Part shown: positions 1 to 9,682 of the stretch, one piece after another | How positions within the stretch are numbered: position 1 is the stretch's first letter | Layout: each line of letters begins with the position of its first letter | IMG/VR virus record: IMGVR_UViG_3300009095_000061 | Location: 1 to 27,233 of that record | Reading direction: 5' to 3' (one strand) | Source: a virus | Taxonomy: Duplodnaviria > Caudoviricetes | Length of the DNA: 27,233 bases | Translations under genes and position numbers: made by a program | Notes under the pieces: model-generated | Told to the model about the DNA's origin: nothing | Database searches by the model: none | What the model saw: only the letters and a program-made list of their open reading frames with translations

Positions 1-1
1 G

Positions 2-772
2 TGGCCGATCGATCCTCGCTGCTGCCCAGCGTTCCCCGAAGATCCGACCGAGTGGACTGAGGCGCACCATGAGGCCCAGTACCTGGCTACGGTCGAACTG
101 TGGCGTGCTGTGGCCGGAGCAGTTGGGTTGTGCCGGACGACCGAGGCCCCCTGCATGGACCGGTGCTCGGTGACCTCGCCGTACGAGACCGCCTGGATGT
201 ACCCCTATCGCGATGTCGGCGGCGTGTGGCGCAACTCGACGTGTGGGTGCCGGGACACCTGCTCGTGCACGCGGCTGTGCACGGTCACGCTCCAGGGCCC
301 GGTATGGCAGATCGTCGAGGTCAAGGTCAACTGCGAGGTCGTCCCGGCCGATGAGTACAAGCTGCTGACCGGGAACCGATTGGCCCGGTGCGGTGGCTGC
401 TGGCCTGCATGTCAGGACTATTGCGACGAGACCGGTGTCGTCGTCACCTATCTGCGCGGAGTACCGCCGGGGCCGGATGCGGTCCGGGCGGTCAGTGCTT
501 TGGCGTGCAAGAAGTTCGAGGAGTGCAACAGCGGCGGCGACTGCGGGTCGGTGCCCTCGGGTACGACCAGCATCACCCGGGAGGGGCTGAGCATCAGCCT
601 CGACGGCACCGTCGGCGCCTCCGAGGGCGGCGTGGTGCCGCTGACCGGGATTGGCCGGGTCGATGCGTGGATCGCCCAGATCAACCCGTACGGGATCACC
701 CAGCAGCCAGCGATCTACTCCCCTGATGTTGAGACGCCGCTGATCTGGCGGAACGGGCCGGTGAGCGTGTGA
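2..772 (+). CDS. Cys-rich head-to-tail adaptor (5'-truncated by the window edge)
   Basis: Frame of ORF 110..772 is open back to base 2 (WPIDPRCCPAF...); about 18 Cys; C-terminal SITREGLSI...TGIGRVDAWIAQINP typical of actinophage adaptors; GTGA overlap with the next gene. Confidence 0.7.
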   Translation, partial: WPIDPRCCPAFPEDPTEWTEAHHEAQYLATVELWRAVAGAVGLCRTTEAPCMDRCSVTSPYETAWMYPYRDVGGVWRNSTCGCRDTCSCTRLCTVTLQGPVWQIVEVKVNCEVVPADEYKLLTGNRLARCGGCWPACQDYCDETGVVVTYLRGVPPGPDAVRAVSALACKKFEECNSGGDCGSVPSGTTSITREGLSISLDGTVGASEGGVVPLTGIGRVDAWIAQINPYGITQQPAIYSPDVETPLIWRNGPVSV

Positions 773-1368
773 ACGTCCTGGACTACATCGAGAACGAACT
801 GCTGACGTGCCTGTGCTCGAAGCTGCGCATCGAGGGCAGGCCTGCCTGTACGTGCCACCACTTCGGCGGTGATGTGCCGCCGGTCGGTGACCGGTGCCAG
901 GCGAACACGGCCGGGGAGAACGGGCAGGTGTGGGTCCGGCGCGTCTCCTCGGCGATCGAGGCCGACTCCGATGAGGTCACCTTCGGCGGGTGGGCATGTG
1001 GCGGCTCGGTGTGGCAGTCCCAGATCGAGCTGGGCATCTACCGGTGCATCAGTGCTATCCCGGACGAGAACGGGAACGCGCCCGCCCCGAGCGCCTATGA
1101 CGCCGACCGGGAGCTGCTGGCGGCCGATCGGGCGACGTTGGCTGAGGCGCTGTGCTGCTGGCCGCTGGCCGGTTTGCCGCCTACTCCGCAGCCGTTCGAT
1201 CTGGACATCAGTGTCATGGCCGCGCAGATCCTGCCGCTGGGGCCGACCGGTGGTTGCGCGGGTTCGATGCTGACGGTCGTGGTCAACACGCCGTTGACCG
1301 TCGATGAAGGCGAGGATGGTGAGTCTGAGCCGGTCTTCATCTCCAGTCCCGCTGGAGCACTGCCGTGA
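769..1368 (+). CDS. Putative tail terminator / head-tail joining protein
   Basis: 199 aa, coupled on both sides (GTGA overlaps); ends ...LGPTGGCAG...; position in the neck module. Confidence 0.55.
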   Translation: MNVLDYIENELLTCLCSKLRIEGRPACTCHHFGGDVPPVGDRCQANTAGENGQVWVRRVSSAIEADSDEVTFGGWACGGSVWQSQIELGIYRCISAIPDENGNAPAPSAYDADRELLAADRATLAEALCCWPLAGLPPTPQPFDLDISVMAAQILPLGPTGGCAGSMLTVVVNTPLTVDEGEDGESEPVFISSPAGALP

Positions 1369-1841
1369 TTCGGGTGCAGTTCAGCCGGATCGACATCAAC
1401 ATGACCGAGGCGAACCGGCTGCTGAATCTGCCGAGCGGTGCGGTGACGAGGCTGGTGGTCGAGACTGGTCGGGATGTGCTGCGGGCGGTGCGCTCGGAGA
1501 CGCCGGTGATGGACGGCGACATGCGGGCGCTCAATGCGATGGTGCTGCGTGTGCGTCCGTTTCGGCACGTCATGGCCAGGATTGTGAACACCGATGAGGC
1601 GGCCTACTGGGTGCAGACCGGTACCGGTATTTACGGTCGGCGTGGTAGGCCGATTAGGCCGAGGCAGTCGCGGGTGCTGCGGTTTCCTGACCGGGAGGCG
1701 GGGTCGGGGTTCGTCTACCGGCGTTCGGTGGCCGGGCAGCGCCCGAATCCGTTCATGTTGCGCGGGCTGATCCGGGGGACGTCCTCGGGGCAGCAGCGGT
1801 GGACGATCCTGCCGGGTGCGGGAGTGCGTGCGCTTCGGTGA
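1365..1841 (+). CDS. HK97 gp10-like neck/tail completion protein
   Basis: Basic 158 aa protein with TPVMDGDMR (cf. APVDTGxLR), YWVQTGTG and GQRPNPFM motifs. Confidence 0.7.
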   Translation: MIRVQFSRIDINMTEANRLLNLPSGAVTRLVVETGRDVLRAVRSETPVMDGDMRALNAMVLRVRPFRHVMARIVNTDEAAYWVQTGTGIYGRRGRPIRPRQSRVLRFPDREAGSGFVYRRSVAGQRPNPFMLRGLIRGTSSGQQRWTILPGAGVRALR

Positions 1842-1903
1842 TTTAGTGACACACCAGAGCAAATGTCTTATTTAGCCATGTTTATGGGGTTAGATCCAGT
1901 TTT

Positions 1904-2410
1904 GTGACTGATGATCTATTTACGTCGCGCCCGTTGGGGCAGGCTCAGCAGGAGCAGGACGCCGCTCAGGCCCAGCACGAGCAACCGAACCGCCAGTATC
2001 GGGCAGCGCGCCCGCAGCCGATCGTCGACATCAACCTCGACGACATTCCCGAGTCGACCTACGCCGATTTCGTTTTCCAGCTCAAGGGCAACGTGTACAC
2101 CCTCGGCATCGAGGACGACGGCATCTTGTTCGAGATCGCCGAGATGTCGATGGACGAGGTCGGTCCGACCGAGCTGTTCGAGTACTTCTTCGAGCGCACC
2201 TTCCGCAAGGCCGTCGACGAGGACGGCGTCGAAATCCCCGATGGCCTGAGCGTGCTGCTGGCCGCGATCGCCAAGCAGCCCAGGGACGGTTCACGGCCGG
2301 TGCCGCGCAAGAGCCTGCTGCGAATCATGAACACCGCCGTCGATGACTGGATGAGCGAGTTGACCGACACCAGCATGCGGCCGAAGCGGCGGTCGGGCCG
2401 CCGCCGGTGA
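1904..2410 (+). CDS. Putative tail assembly chaperone
   Basis: Acidic 168 aa ORF two genes upstream of the tape measure; basic C-terminal tail RPKRRSGRRR. Confidence 0.55.
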   Translation: MTDDLFTSRPLGQAQQEQDAAQAQHEQPNRQYRAARPQPIVDINLDDIPESTYADFVFQLKGNVYTLGIEDDGILFEIAEMSMDEVGPTELFEYFFERTFRKAVDEDGVEIPDGLSVLLAAIAKQPRDGSRPVPRKSLLRIMNTAVDDWMSELTDTSMRPKRRSGRRR

Positions 2411-2937
2411 TGGCCTCGTTCGCCAGCACCGTGCACCTGCCGGGCTACTCGGCCGAGGTCGCGGTGCTGGCGATCGACGACGAGGAGTTCCGCCTGCCGG
2501 TGCCCGGCGTGATGGACCTGCTCGACATCGCCGCCTCCTACGCCTGGCGGCAGCTCCTGCCCGATGGCCTGGTCGAAGCCGATGCTGAGCGGATGCACCA
2601 GCGCCTGGCCGATCCTGAGGACCGCCTGACCTGGAAGCGCCTCCACGTGGTCGCCCAGCCCTTGGGCTTGTACCTGTACGGGTTTCCGTTCTTCGTGGCC
2701 GCGCGTGCGCTGGGGACGGTCCGGCACTACTTTACGGCGTTTCGGATGTGGTCGCTGGTGAACGCTCGGATCGATTTCGCTACGGCCAGTGCCGCTGACT
2801 GGTGTGCGGCGGCGGTGGCGTGGCTGGTGCAGCAGGGGTCGAAGGAGGAGCAGCGCAAGGAGATGTGGGCGCAGTTGACGATGCCGGGGATCTTGCCGAT
2901 GGAGGCGCCGGGGGTCAGCCCGGATTGGATGGTCTAA
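2410..2937 (+). CDS. Putative second tail assembly chaperone (pre-tape-measure protein)
   Basis: TGATG coupling at 2408-2412 (alternative GTG at 2407); directly upstream of the tape measure. Confidence 0.5.
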   Translation: MASFASTVHLPGYSAEVAVLAIDDEEFRLPVPGVMDLLDIAASYAWRQLLPDGLVEADAERMHQRLADPEDRLTWKRLHVVAQPLGLYLYGFPFFVAARALGTVRHYFTAFRMWSLVNARIDFATASAADWCAAAVAWLVQQGSKEEQRKEMWAQLTMPGILPMEAPGVSPDWMV

Positions 2938-3004
2938 CCCTCACAAAGAAGTACCATAATACCGAAATGACCGTTTTATAGGCGTATGGGAGCTTGGTGA
3001 GGTT

Positions 3005-6000
3005 ATGGCGGTTATCGCGACTGCGGAAGTCCGCGTGATCGCCGACACCAGCCGGTTCCTGTCGAACCTGCGTCGCCAGTTGCGCGGCGCTTTCGGCAAC
3101 GTCGGTGCCCAGTCAGCCCAGGAATTCACCCGCAACTTCGAACGCAACCTCGGCTCAGAGCTGACCGAAGCCATCCGCCGGGCCGCCTCCAGCGCGGCCA
3201 GGCCCATGCAGCGGGCAGGCCGCGACGCCGGAGACGCCTTCACCACCGGATTCCAGCAGCCGCTGCGACACGCAGGCCGCGACTTCTTCGAATCGCTGCG
3301 GCTCCAGACCATCATTGCCGCCGCTGGAGTCCAAGGCTCCGACACCGGTGACGCCTTCGTCGACAACTTCCGTTCGACCATGCGCGAACGCATGAGCGGT
3401 GCCGCCCGTGAAGCGTTGGAGCCGTTCGAGAACATCCCGTCGGTCTTCCGCCGCATCGGCAACGAAGCCGGGAACGCGTTCGTCGGCGACTTCTTCACCT
3501 CCAGCTCCCGCTCCCGACTGCGCATCGCCGCCGAAGAGATCATCGGCGAGATCGACGCGCGCATCGCGGCTGGCTCGACCAGCCTGCGCGACCGGGGCAA
3601 CACCGTCATGAGCGACTTCGCCTCCGGTATGCGCCGAGGCCAAGCCGAAGTCGCCGCCGCCGCCGAACAGGCCGCCGAAGAAGCCGCCCGCGCCTTCCAA
3701 GAAGCACTCGCGCCCGAACCGTCGGATTTCGTCACCGAATTCCTCGACGGCATCGAATCGCGGCAACGCCAGATCAACATCGGTATGCGCCAAGCCGGAA
3801 TCGGCGCGTTCCAGTCGTTCCGGCAGGGCGTCGCCGACGCACAGCAGCAGCTGTCGACCGGCATCAACCCGATCCGGATGCAACGCGAGGGCGAGCAGGC
3901 CGGAGAAGGCCTGCTCACCGGGCTGCGCCGACGCCTGGGCACCGGAGCGGCCCGCATCTCCCTGCGGTTCGGACGCAATCTGCGCGCCAACCTCATCTCG
4001 CAAGCGACCAACCTCGGCTCCGGGTTCGGGACCGCGTTCCAAAACTCCCTGGTCAACCGCACCACACGTATCGGCGACACGTTCTTGAACCTCATCCGCC
4101 GTGTCCTGGGCCGCGACATCGAGGACGAAGCCGACGCCTCCGGCCGTCGGGCCGGAAACGCGTTCTCGCGCGGCCTGTCCGGTGCGCTGCGCGGCCTGAC
4201 CACCGGTATCCGGGGCCTGGGCCAAGCACTCGGAGCGATCAGCCTGCGCCCACTGATGGGGCTGGCAGGCATCCTGCGCGACGCCACCAGCGAGATGCTG
4301 TCCATGGGCGCCCAGGCGCTGCTCCTGGTCGGCCTGCTCGAATCCCTCTCCGGCATCCTGTTCGGCCTCCCGGCCGCGCTGTCGGTGCTGACCGCTGGCA
4401 TTGCCACCGCCGCCGTCGCCTTCCAAGGATTCGGCGGCGCTATCGGCGCGGCCTTCGAAGACACCGAGGCGTTCAACGAAGCCATCCAGGACCTCGCCCC
4501 CGCTGCGCAGGCCGTGGCCCGTGAATTCCGCGCCATCGCACCCTCGCTCACCGACCTGCGGCTCGACGTCCAAAACGCCCTGTTCGAGCAGCTCGGCGGC
4601 ACCATCACCGACGTCGCCGAGAACCTCCTGCCGAGCCTGCGCGAGGGCATGACCCTCGCCGCCACTGCCCTCGGCGGCCTCATCGCCGCCATCGGCGAAT
4701 TCTTCGCCCAAGCCGCCACCGGCGACACCGTCACCGCCACCTTCGAGACCCTCGCGGTCATCCTCGACGGCCTCGCCGCCTCGGCCGAACCGTTCCTCGA
4801 AGGCATGCGGGCCCTGGTCGATGAGTTCCTGCCGCGCATCGCCGAAGCCGCCGGTCCCCTCTCCGAAGTCGGCGCGACCTTCCGCGACTGGGCCACCGCC
4901 ATCACCGAATCCGGCCAGGCGATGGAAGCATTCGACTTCGCCCTCGACGTCCTGTCCACGATCGGGGCCGCCGTCGCCGACCTCGGCGGGATCTTCCAAG
5001 CCATGTTCTCGGCCGCCGAACTGGCCGGAGCCAACGCGCTCGGCGCGATCGGTGAGGTACTGCAGACCATCCGGTCGGCCTTCGAATCGTTCGAAGGGCA
5101 GGTCGCGCTCGCGAATGTGTTCGGTGCGATCGGTGATGCGGTCAACGCGCTCGCGCCGGTCTTCGGGACGCTGCTGACCCAGCTCGGCCTGGTCTTCCCG
5201 ATCGTCGCCCAGCTCGCCGAGGCGCTCGGGCCAAGCCTGTCGGTGGTCATCGAAGCGCTCGGGCAGGCGATCCTCGCGCTCGGGCCGGGCATCATCGAGG
5301 TCTTCTCCGGCATCGCCACCGCCGCCGAGGCGATCGCGCCGTCGCTGGCGCCGCTCGGCGAAGCCCTCGGTGCCGTGCTCAGCGCGATCGCACCGATCTT
5401 GCCGGTCATCGGCCAGTTGATCGGGATCGTCGTCGAACTCGGCGCCCAACTCATCGGTGTGCTCGCCAGCGCGATCGCACCGATCGTTGAGGCCCTCGCC
5501 GGTGCACTGGCACCGATCCTGCCGCAGATCGCCGAGTTGTTCTCCCGGCTCGTCGAGGCCGTCGCGCCAGTGGTGCAGGCCTTCGGCGAGGGCCTGGCAA
5601 GCGTGGTCGCGACGTTGCTGCCGCCGCTCCTCGAACTCGAAGTTGCGTTGGCGGATGCCTTGATGCCCATCATCGAGGCGCTCTTGCCGGTGCTGACACC
5701 AATCATCGAGATCTTCTTCCAACTGGTCAACGTGATCGGTTCGCTCCTGGTGCCGGTCATCAATCTGCTGCTGCCGATCATCGAGGCGCTGGCGCCGCTG
5801 TTCGAGCTGATAGGCGTGGTGCTGGCGCCGCTGCTGGAGTTGTTCTCGGCGATCTTGACGCCGATCACCACCCTGATCACGCTCATCGCTGAGGCGCTCA
5901 GCCCGGTCATTCAGTTCCTGGCCGAGATCATCGGCGCGATCATCGACGTTGCCTTGGTACCGTTGACGGCGGCGTTCACGTTCTTGGCCGACATCATCGC

Positions 6001-6709
6001 CGAGTATGTCATCCCCTGGATCGAACAGGCCTCGTTGATCATGCAGGTCTGGTGGGAGCAGTTCATCCAGCCGCTGATCGAGCGGGTCCGCGATTTGGCC
6101 AGTACAGTCTCTGACCGGTTCGGTTCGATCCGCGACACCATCGGAACAGTCGGCGACTTCATCGGCGGGGCTATCGAGACCGTCATGGGATGGTTCGACG
6201 ACTTCAGCGACACCGTCAGCAACGTTGTGGACAACGTTGGCGACTTCCTCGGAAACCTGCTCGATGTCTTCGAGAACGTCTTCGACAACATCGTCGATGC
6301 GGTCTCCAGTGCCGCCGACACAGTCGACGGCATTATTGACGGGATCGTCAGCGCTGTCCAGAGCGCGATCGACTCCGTCTCCAGCCTGGGCAACATTGAC
6401 CTGAACCCGTTCGCGAACGGCGGCATCGTCACCCGCCCCACCCCAGCGCTGATCGGTGAGGCAGGCAAAGAGGTTGTCATTCCCCTGACGCGGCCGGGAC
6501 GGGCCGCCGACCTTGCCCAGCAGTCGGGCCTGATCGACCTGCTCGCCGAGCGTGGTGTGCTGCCCGGCTCTCAGCACACGCCGGGTGTTCCGGTTGTCGG
6601 GGAGTTCCATGTCCACTCCCAGAACGCCGATCCCGAACAAGTCGCCCGCCGTGCCGCCCGCATCATCGAGCGGCGCATGTCCGGGCGTGGACTGGAGCGA
6701 GTCTCATGA
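3005..6709 (+). CDS. Tape measure protein
   Basis: 1234 aa, Ala/Gly/Leu-rich helical; N-terminal IATAEVRVIADTSRF; amphipathic repeats with periodic Pro; C-terminal FANGGIVTRPTPALIGEAGKEVVIPL motif; GGTGAGG RBS. Confidence 0.95.
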   Translation: MAVIATAEVRVIADTSRFLSNLRRQLRGAFGNVGAQSAQEFTRNFERNLGSELTEAIRRAASSAARPMQRAGRDAGDAFTTGFQQPLRHAGRDFFESLRLQTIIAAAGVQGSDTGDAFVDNFRSTMRERMSGAAREALEPFENIPSVFRRIGNEAGNAFVGDFFTSSSRSRLRIAAEEIIGEIDARIAAGSTSLRDRGNTVMSDFASGMRRGQAEVAAAAEQAAEEAARAFQEALAPEPSDFVTEFLDGIESRQRQINIGMRQAGIGAFQSFRQGVADAQQQLSTGINPIRMQREGEQAGEGLLTGLRRRLGTGAARISLRFGRNLRANLISQATNLGSGFGTAFQNSLVNRTTRIGDTFLNLIRRVLGRDIEDEADASGRRAGNAFSRGLSGALRGLTTGIRGLGQALGAISLRPLMGLAGILRDATSEMLSMGAQALLLVGLLESLSGILFGLPAALSVLTAGIATAAVAFQGFGGAIGAAFEDTEAFNEAIQDLAPAAQAVAREFRAIAPSLTDLRLDVQNALFEQLGGTITDVAENLLPSLREGMTLAATALGGLIAAIGEFFAQAATGDTVTATFETLAVILDGLAASAEPFLEGMRALVDEFLPRIAEAAGPLSEVGATFRDWATAITESGQAMEAFDFALDVLSTIGAAVADLGGIFQAMFSAAELAGANALGAIGEVLQTIRSAFESFEGQVALANVFGAIGDAVNALAPVFGTLLTQLGLVFPIVAQLAEALGPSLSVVIEALGQAILALGPGIIEVFSGIATAAEAIAPSLAPLGEALGAVLSAIAPILPVIGQLIGIVVELGAQLIGVLASAIAPIVEALAGALAPILPQIAELFSRLVEAVAPVVQAFGEGLASVVATLLPPLLELEVALADALMPIIEALLPVLTPIIEIFFQLVNVIGSLLVPVINLLLPIIEALAPLFELIGVVLAPLLELFSAILTPITTLITLIAEALSPVIQFLAEIIGAIIDVALVPLTAAFTFLADIIAEYVIPWIEQASLIMQVWWEQFIQPLIERVRDLASTVSDRFGSIRDTIGTVGDFIGGAIETVMGWFDDFSDTVSNVVDNVGDFLGNLLDVFENVFDNIVDAVSSAADTVDGIIDGIVSAVQSAIDSVSSLGNIDLNPFANGGIVTRPTPALIGEAGKEVVIPLTRPGRAADLAQQSGLIDLLAERGVLPGSQHTPGVPVVGEFHVHSQNADPEQVARRAARIIERRMSGRGLERVS

Positions 6710-7917
6710 TCACCGACCGCGCCGGATGGATGGCCTACGACGGCACCGAGATCATCAACTCGGCCCGCCTCGACGCCTACCTGGGGTCCTCACCGTGCTC
6801 AGGCGGCGGCTCGCAGATCTGCGTACCGTGCGACGAGCTGGTGAGGGAAGTGTCCGATCCGCCGTTCTTTGCCCCCGATGTCGACCCGGCGCCGTGGTAC
6901 GACCCGGCGGTACCGATCTCGGCCGAGTTTCTGGGCATCGGCGGGATCGACATCGAAGGGCTGTGGATACATCCCTCCGATGCGGTCGACGGCGTCATCG
7001 TCCGCGACGTGACTGTCCGCGCGGTCTTGGTCGGCCGGAACGAAGCGGCCGTCTCCTACGGGCTGGCGTGGCTCTCGCAGGCGCTGCAGGGCTCCTACTG
7101 CCCGACCGGGTCCTGTATCGGCGGCCAGATGTGCGTGGCCGTGGCCTGTCCGACCGACCTCGCGCCCGACCCGGTCCGCACCCTGGTCGACACCGCTCCG
7201 CTGGAGCGGCCCGAGGTCGTGGAGATCCTCGCGAAGCCGGGTACGGTGTGGTGGGAAGTCGAGTGGGTGATGCGCTCGCGCAACCCAGGCCTGTATCAGG
7301 ACGCGTCGATCTCACTTGAATTCAACGCCACCGGTGGCACGGTCGAGACGGTCAACCTGCTCGAAGCCTACGAGGGGTGCAACGAGGTCGCGCCGTGCGC
7401 GACCGACCCTGCATGCCCGAGGCCCGAGGTCCCCGAGGTGCCGCAGCCGCCGATCGATGCCTGCTATCCGACCGAGGACTTCCGTGCCTACCGGACGGTC
7501 GCCTCGGTCGACGGCGCCAGCGTCCCGTCCTGGCTAGAGCTGATCCCGGTCATCACGATCCGGGCCGGTGCCGAACCCTTGCGGAACATCACCGTCCGGT
7601 TCTACCAGAACCCGCTCGGCCTGGACTGCACCGATCTGATCGGCGTCGACCCTTGCACGGCCTGCACCGACATCACTGTCCTGTACGTGCCCGCTCAGGG
7701 CACCACGATCTTGGACGGGCGCACCAACCGCGCGCAGACGAACTGCATCGGCGGTGACGTCGACGTCCCAGCCCTGTACGGGCCGGGCGGCCGCACGTTC
7801 AACTGGCCGACGTTCTCGTGCGGGTATGGGCTCTGCGTCGAAGTCATTGTCGCGACCGTCGCCGGACAGGACGCCTCGCTCACCGTCGATCTGTACACCC
7901 GATGGGAGGCCGCTTGA
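6706..7917 (+). CDS. Minor tail protein (distal tail, Dit-like), Cys-rich
   Basis: ATGA overlap with the tape measure; GWMAYDGTEIINSARL and DPAPWYDPAVPISAEFLG motifs of actinophage minor tail proteins; 17 Cys. Confidence 0.75.
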   Translation: MITDRAGWMAYDGTEIINSARLDAYLGSSPCSGGGSQICVPCDELVREVSDPPFFAPDVDPAPWYDPAVPISAEFLGIGGIDIEGLWIHPSDAVDGVIVRDVTVRAVLVGRNEAAVSYGLAWLSQALQGSYCPTGSCIGGQMCVAVACPTDLAPDPVRTLVDTAPLERPEVVEILAKPGTVWWEVEWVMRSRNPGLYQDASISLEFNATGGTVETVNLLEAYEGCNEVAPCATDPACPRPEVPEVPQPPIDACYPTEDFRAYRTVASVDGASVPSWLELIPVITIRAGAEPLRNITVRFYQNPLGLDCTDLIGVDPCTACTDITVLYVPAQGTTILDGRTNRAQTNCIGGDVDVPALYGPGGRTFNWPTFSCGYGLCVEVIVATVAGQDASLTVDLYTRWEAA

Positions 7918-9179
7918 TGGCGTCACCGATCCTTGGCTGCGCCACGGCCTACCGTGTCGAGGTCTACCTACTGCAGCGCGTCGACAACCAGGGGAACCCG
8001 CTTCCGCGATCAGAGATGCGGTTCCTCGGTGTTCTCGAAGGCGTCACCGAAGTGGTGTGGGGGCGCAGACTCCGCGACTTCTCCGAAGCCGTTATCACCC
8101 TCGACTTGACCGACACGAGCCCCGAGTGCTGCCGGATGTTCGACATCATCGGCCGCTCTGTCCGCGTCGCGCAGCTGCGGATCTGGCGCGACGAGGTCCA
8201 GGTGTGGGAAGGCGAGGTGATGCAGGCCAGCGAAGTCACCGGCTCGACGGTCAAAACCATCACCGCCCGCGACATGATCCAGCGTATCGACGACACCGTC
8301 AACCCAATGGACCCCAAGGCCTCAGTCGACTACCCGAACCCGCCGAACCGGAGCGGGCTGTGGTACGAGAACGTCCCGGTCACCAACATCGCCTACGACA
8401 TCGCCTGGCGCAACCTCACCGACACCAGGTATGTCGATCCAGTCGATGACACTCTCATTCTTGATCAGATTGTCGTCGAGGAGGTCACTGACCCTGACGA
8501 CGTTATCAGCTTCCGAACGGGGCAGAAGATCGCCACCGTCGGCGAACTGTGGCGGATGCTTGGCCAGTCATATGGTCTGGACTTCACTTGCATCAACCGC
8601 AGCATCCGCCTACAGCGCCGTCGTACCACCCAAGACCAGACATATGCACGACTCACCACTGAACACATCATCGGCGAAGCCGAAGCCCGCGCCAACGGGA
8701 ACGAGGCAGCTACCTACGGATGGGCAACGACACAAGCCGAGGATGAGAAGGAACCTAAAGACTTCGATGACGATCCCAGCCAGTACCCCAACTGGCCAGG
8801 GCTTCAGTCACACTTCGGCGTCAGGGGGACGCGGTATGGCCGTATTGACTACCTGAACCGTGTTCAGGACAACAACGCCGATCAGGGCGACGTCAACTCG
8901 TCAGCACGTCGTGCTGCGTGGGGTCGAAACCCGCCACCGTCAGAGATTCTGTTGCCGACCTCAGCTCAGTTCTCGCCTTCGACGCCGTTGACGATGCCGG
9001 AGTTGGTTCCTGGTATGCGGATCGATTTCTTCGCCGAGGAGGGATTGTGTCGTCCGATCCGTCAGGGTATGCGACTGCTGGCGGTCGAGGTCACGTGGTC
9101 TCCCTCGGGATCGAATATTGCCGCAGGTGAGCAGGTTGCGGTGGAGTTGTCGACACTCTCCGACGTGACTGGGACATGA
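7917..9179 (+). CDS. Minor tail protein (baseplate hub / Tal-like)
   Basis: TGATG coupling at 7915-7919 gives 420 aa; VVWGRRLRDFSEA, LRIWRDEVQVWEG and ELVPGMRID motifs; follows the Dit-like gene. Confidence 0.75.
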   Translation: MASPILGCATAYRVEVYLLQRVDNQGNPLPRSEMRFLGVLEGVTEVVWGRRLRDFSEAVITLDLTDTSPECCRMFDIIGRSVRVAQLRIWRDEVQVWEGEVMQASEVTGSTVKTITARDMIQRIDDTVNPMDPKASVDYPNPPNRSGLWYENVPVTNIAYDIAWRNLTDTRYVDPVDDTLILDQIVVEEVTDPDDVISFRTGQKIATVGELWRMLGQSYGLDFTCINRSIRLQRRRTTQDQTYARLTTEHIIGEAEARANGNEAATYGWATTQAEDEKEPKDFDDDPSQYPNWPGLQSHFGVRGTRYGRIDYLNRVQDNNADQGDVNSSARRAAWGRNPPPSEILLPTSAQFSPSTPLTMPELVPGMRIDFFAEEGLCRPIRQGMRLLAVEVTWSPSGSNIAAGEQVAVELSTLSDVTGT

Positions 9180-9181
9180 CG

Positions 9182-9208
9182 AAGCCCCCAGGGGGTTCCT
9201 GGGGGCTT
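9182..9208. terminator. Probable bidirectional terminator hairpin
   Basis: 11-bp stem AAGCCCCCAGG/CCTGGGGGCTT between convergent genes. Confidence 0.7.
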
Positions 9209-9223
9209 GTCACAGTGCGGTAG

Positions 9224-9682
9224 TTACCGCTTCAGTTTGCCTTGCTTAGCCATGTCGTAGAACCGCTGCAGTAGTTCAGGGTGGCTCTTCGGCAGTGGTT
9301 TGGTCCTTCCGAGGATGATGTCGGTCAGGAGTTGCTGCACGCTGACGCCTTCCATCGGGGCTGCGGCCTTGAGGGTCCGCCATACGCACAGTGGCAGTTG
9401 GGTGCTGCCTTTGGTGAAGTCGTCGTATGGGTCGGTGATGCCACCGTAGACGACTCCAAGGTAGTCGCTCGTGGCGGATGTCTTGACAGTTCCTTCCGTT
9501 GCGTCAAGATTTCCAGATTTCTGGTTTTCTGGGTTCCCTGATGTCTGGCCAGATTTCTGGTTTTCTTGATTTCTTGATTCGGTTTCTGCAGCGACTGCTT
9601 CTGGAGCCTGGGAGGGGACTGGGTCGTCGAAGGCGTCATCGATGACGTCGGTTGCGTCGTTTTTCTTGGCCCTGGTTACCAC
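9224..9682 (-). CDS. Small ParB/ParG-like centromere-binding protein (type Ib partition partner)
   Basis: 152 aa, overlaps the parA stop, GAGGAG RBS; disordered N-terminus and C-terminal strand-helix-helix (KGSTQLPLCVWRTLKAAAPMEGVSVQQLLTDII) like RHH proteins. Confidence 0.65.
   Translation of the reverse strand: MVTRAKKNDATDVIDDAFDDPVPSQAPEAVAAETESRNQENQKSGQTSGNPENQKSGNLDATEGTVKTSATSDYLGVVYGGITDPYDDFTKGSTQLPLCVWRTLKAAAPMEGVSVQQLLTDIILGRTKPLPKSHPELLQRFYDMAKQGKLKR
9505..9580. repeat. Tandem 8-bp repeats inside the parB-like gene (candidate parS centromere)
   Basis: CAAGATTT CCAGATTT CTGGTTTT CTGGGTTC CCTGATGT ctgg CCAGATTT CTGGTTTT CTTGATTT CTTGATTC; exact 18-mer at 9513-9530 and 9549-9566. 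Confidence 0.7.

Noticed and set aside
2347-2412. Programmed -1 frameshift between the two tail chaperone genes
   Set aside because: The -1 frame is open only from 2347 and contains no X-XXY-YYZ slippery heptamer; TGATG coupling explains the second gene
2941-6640. Very long minus-strand ORFs (989 aa and 1161 aa) opposite the tape measure
   Set aside because: Shadow ORFs expected from high-GC codon bias; no motifs, and fully overlapping a clear gene
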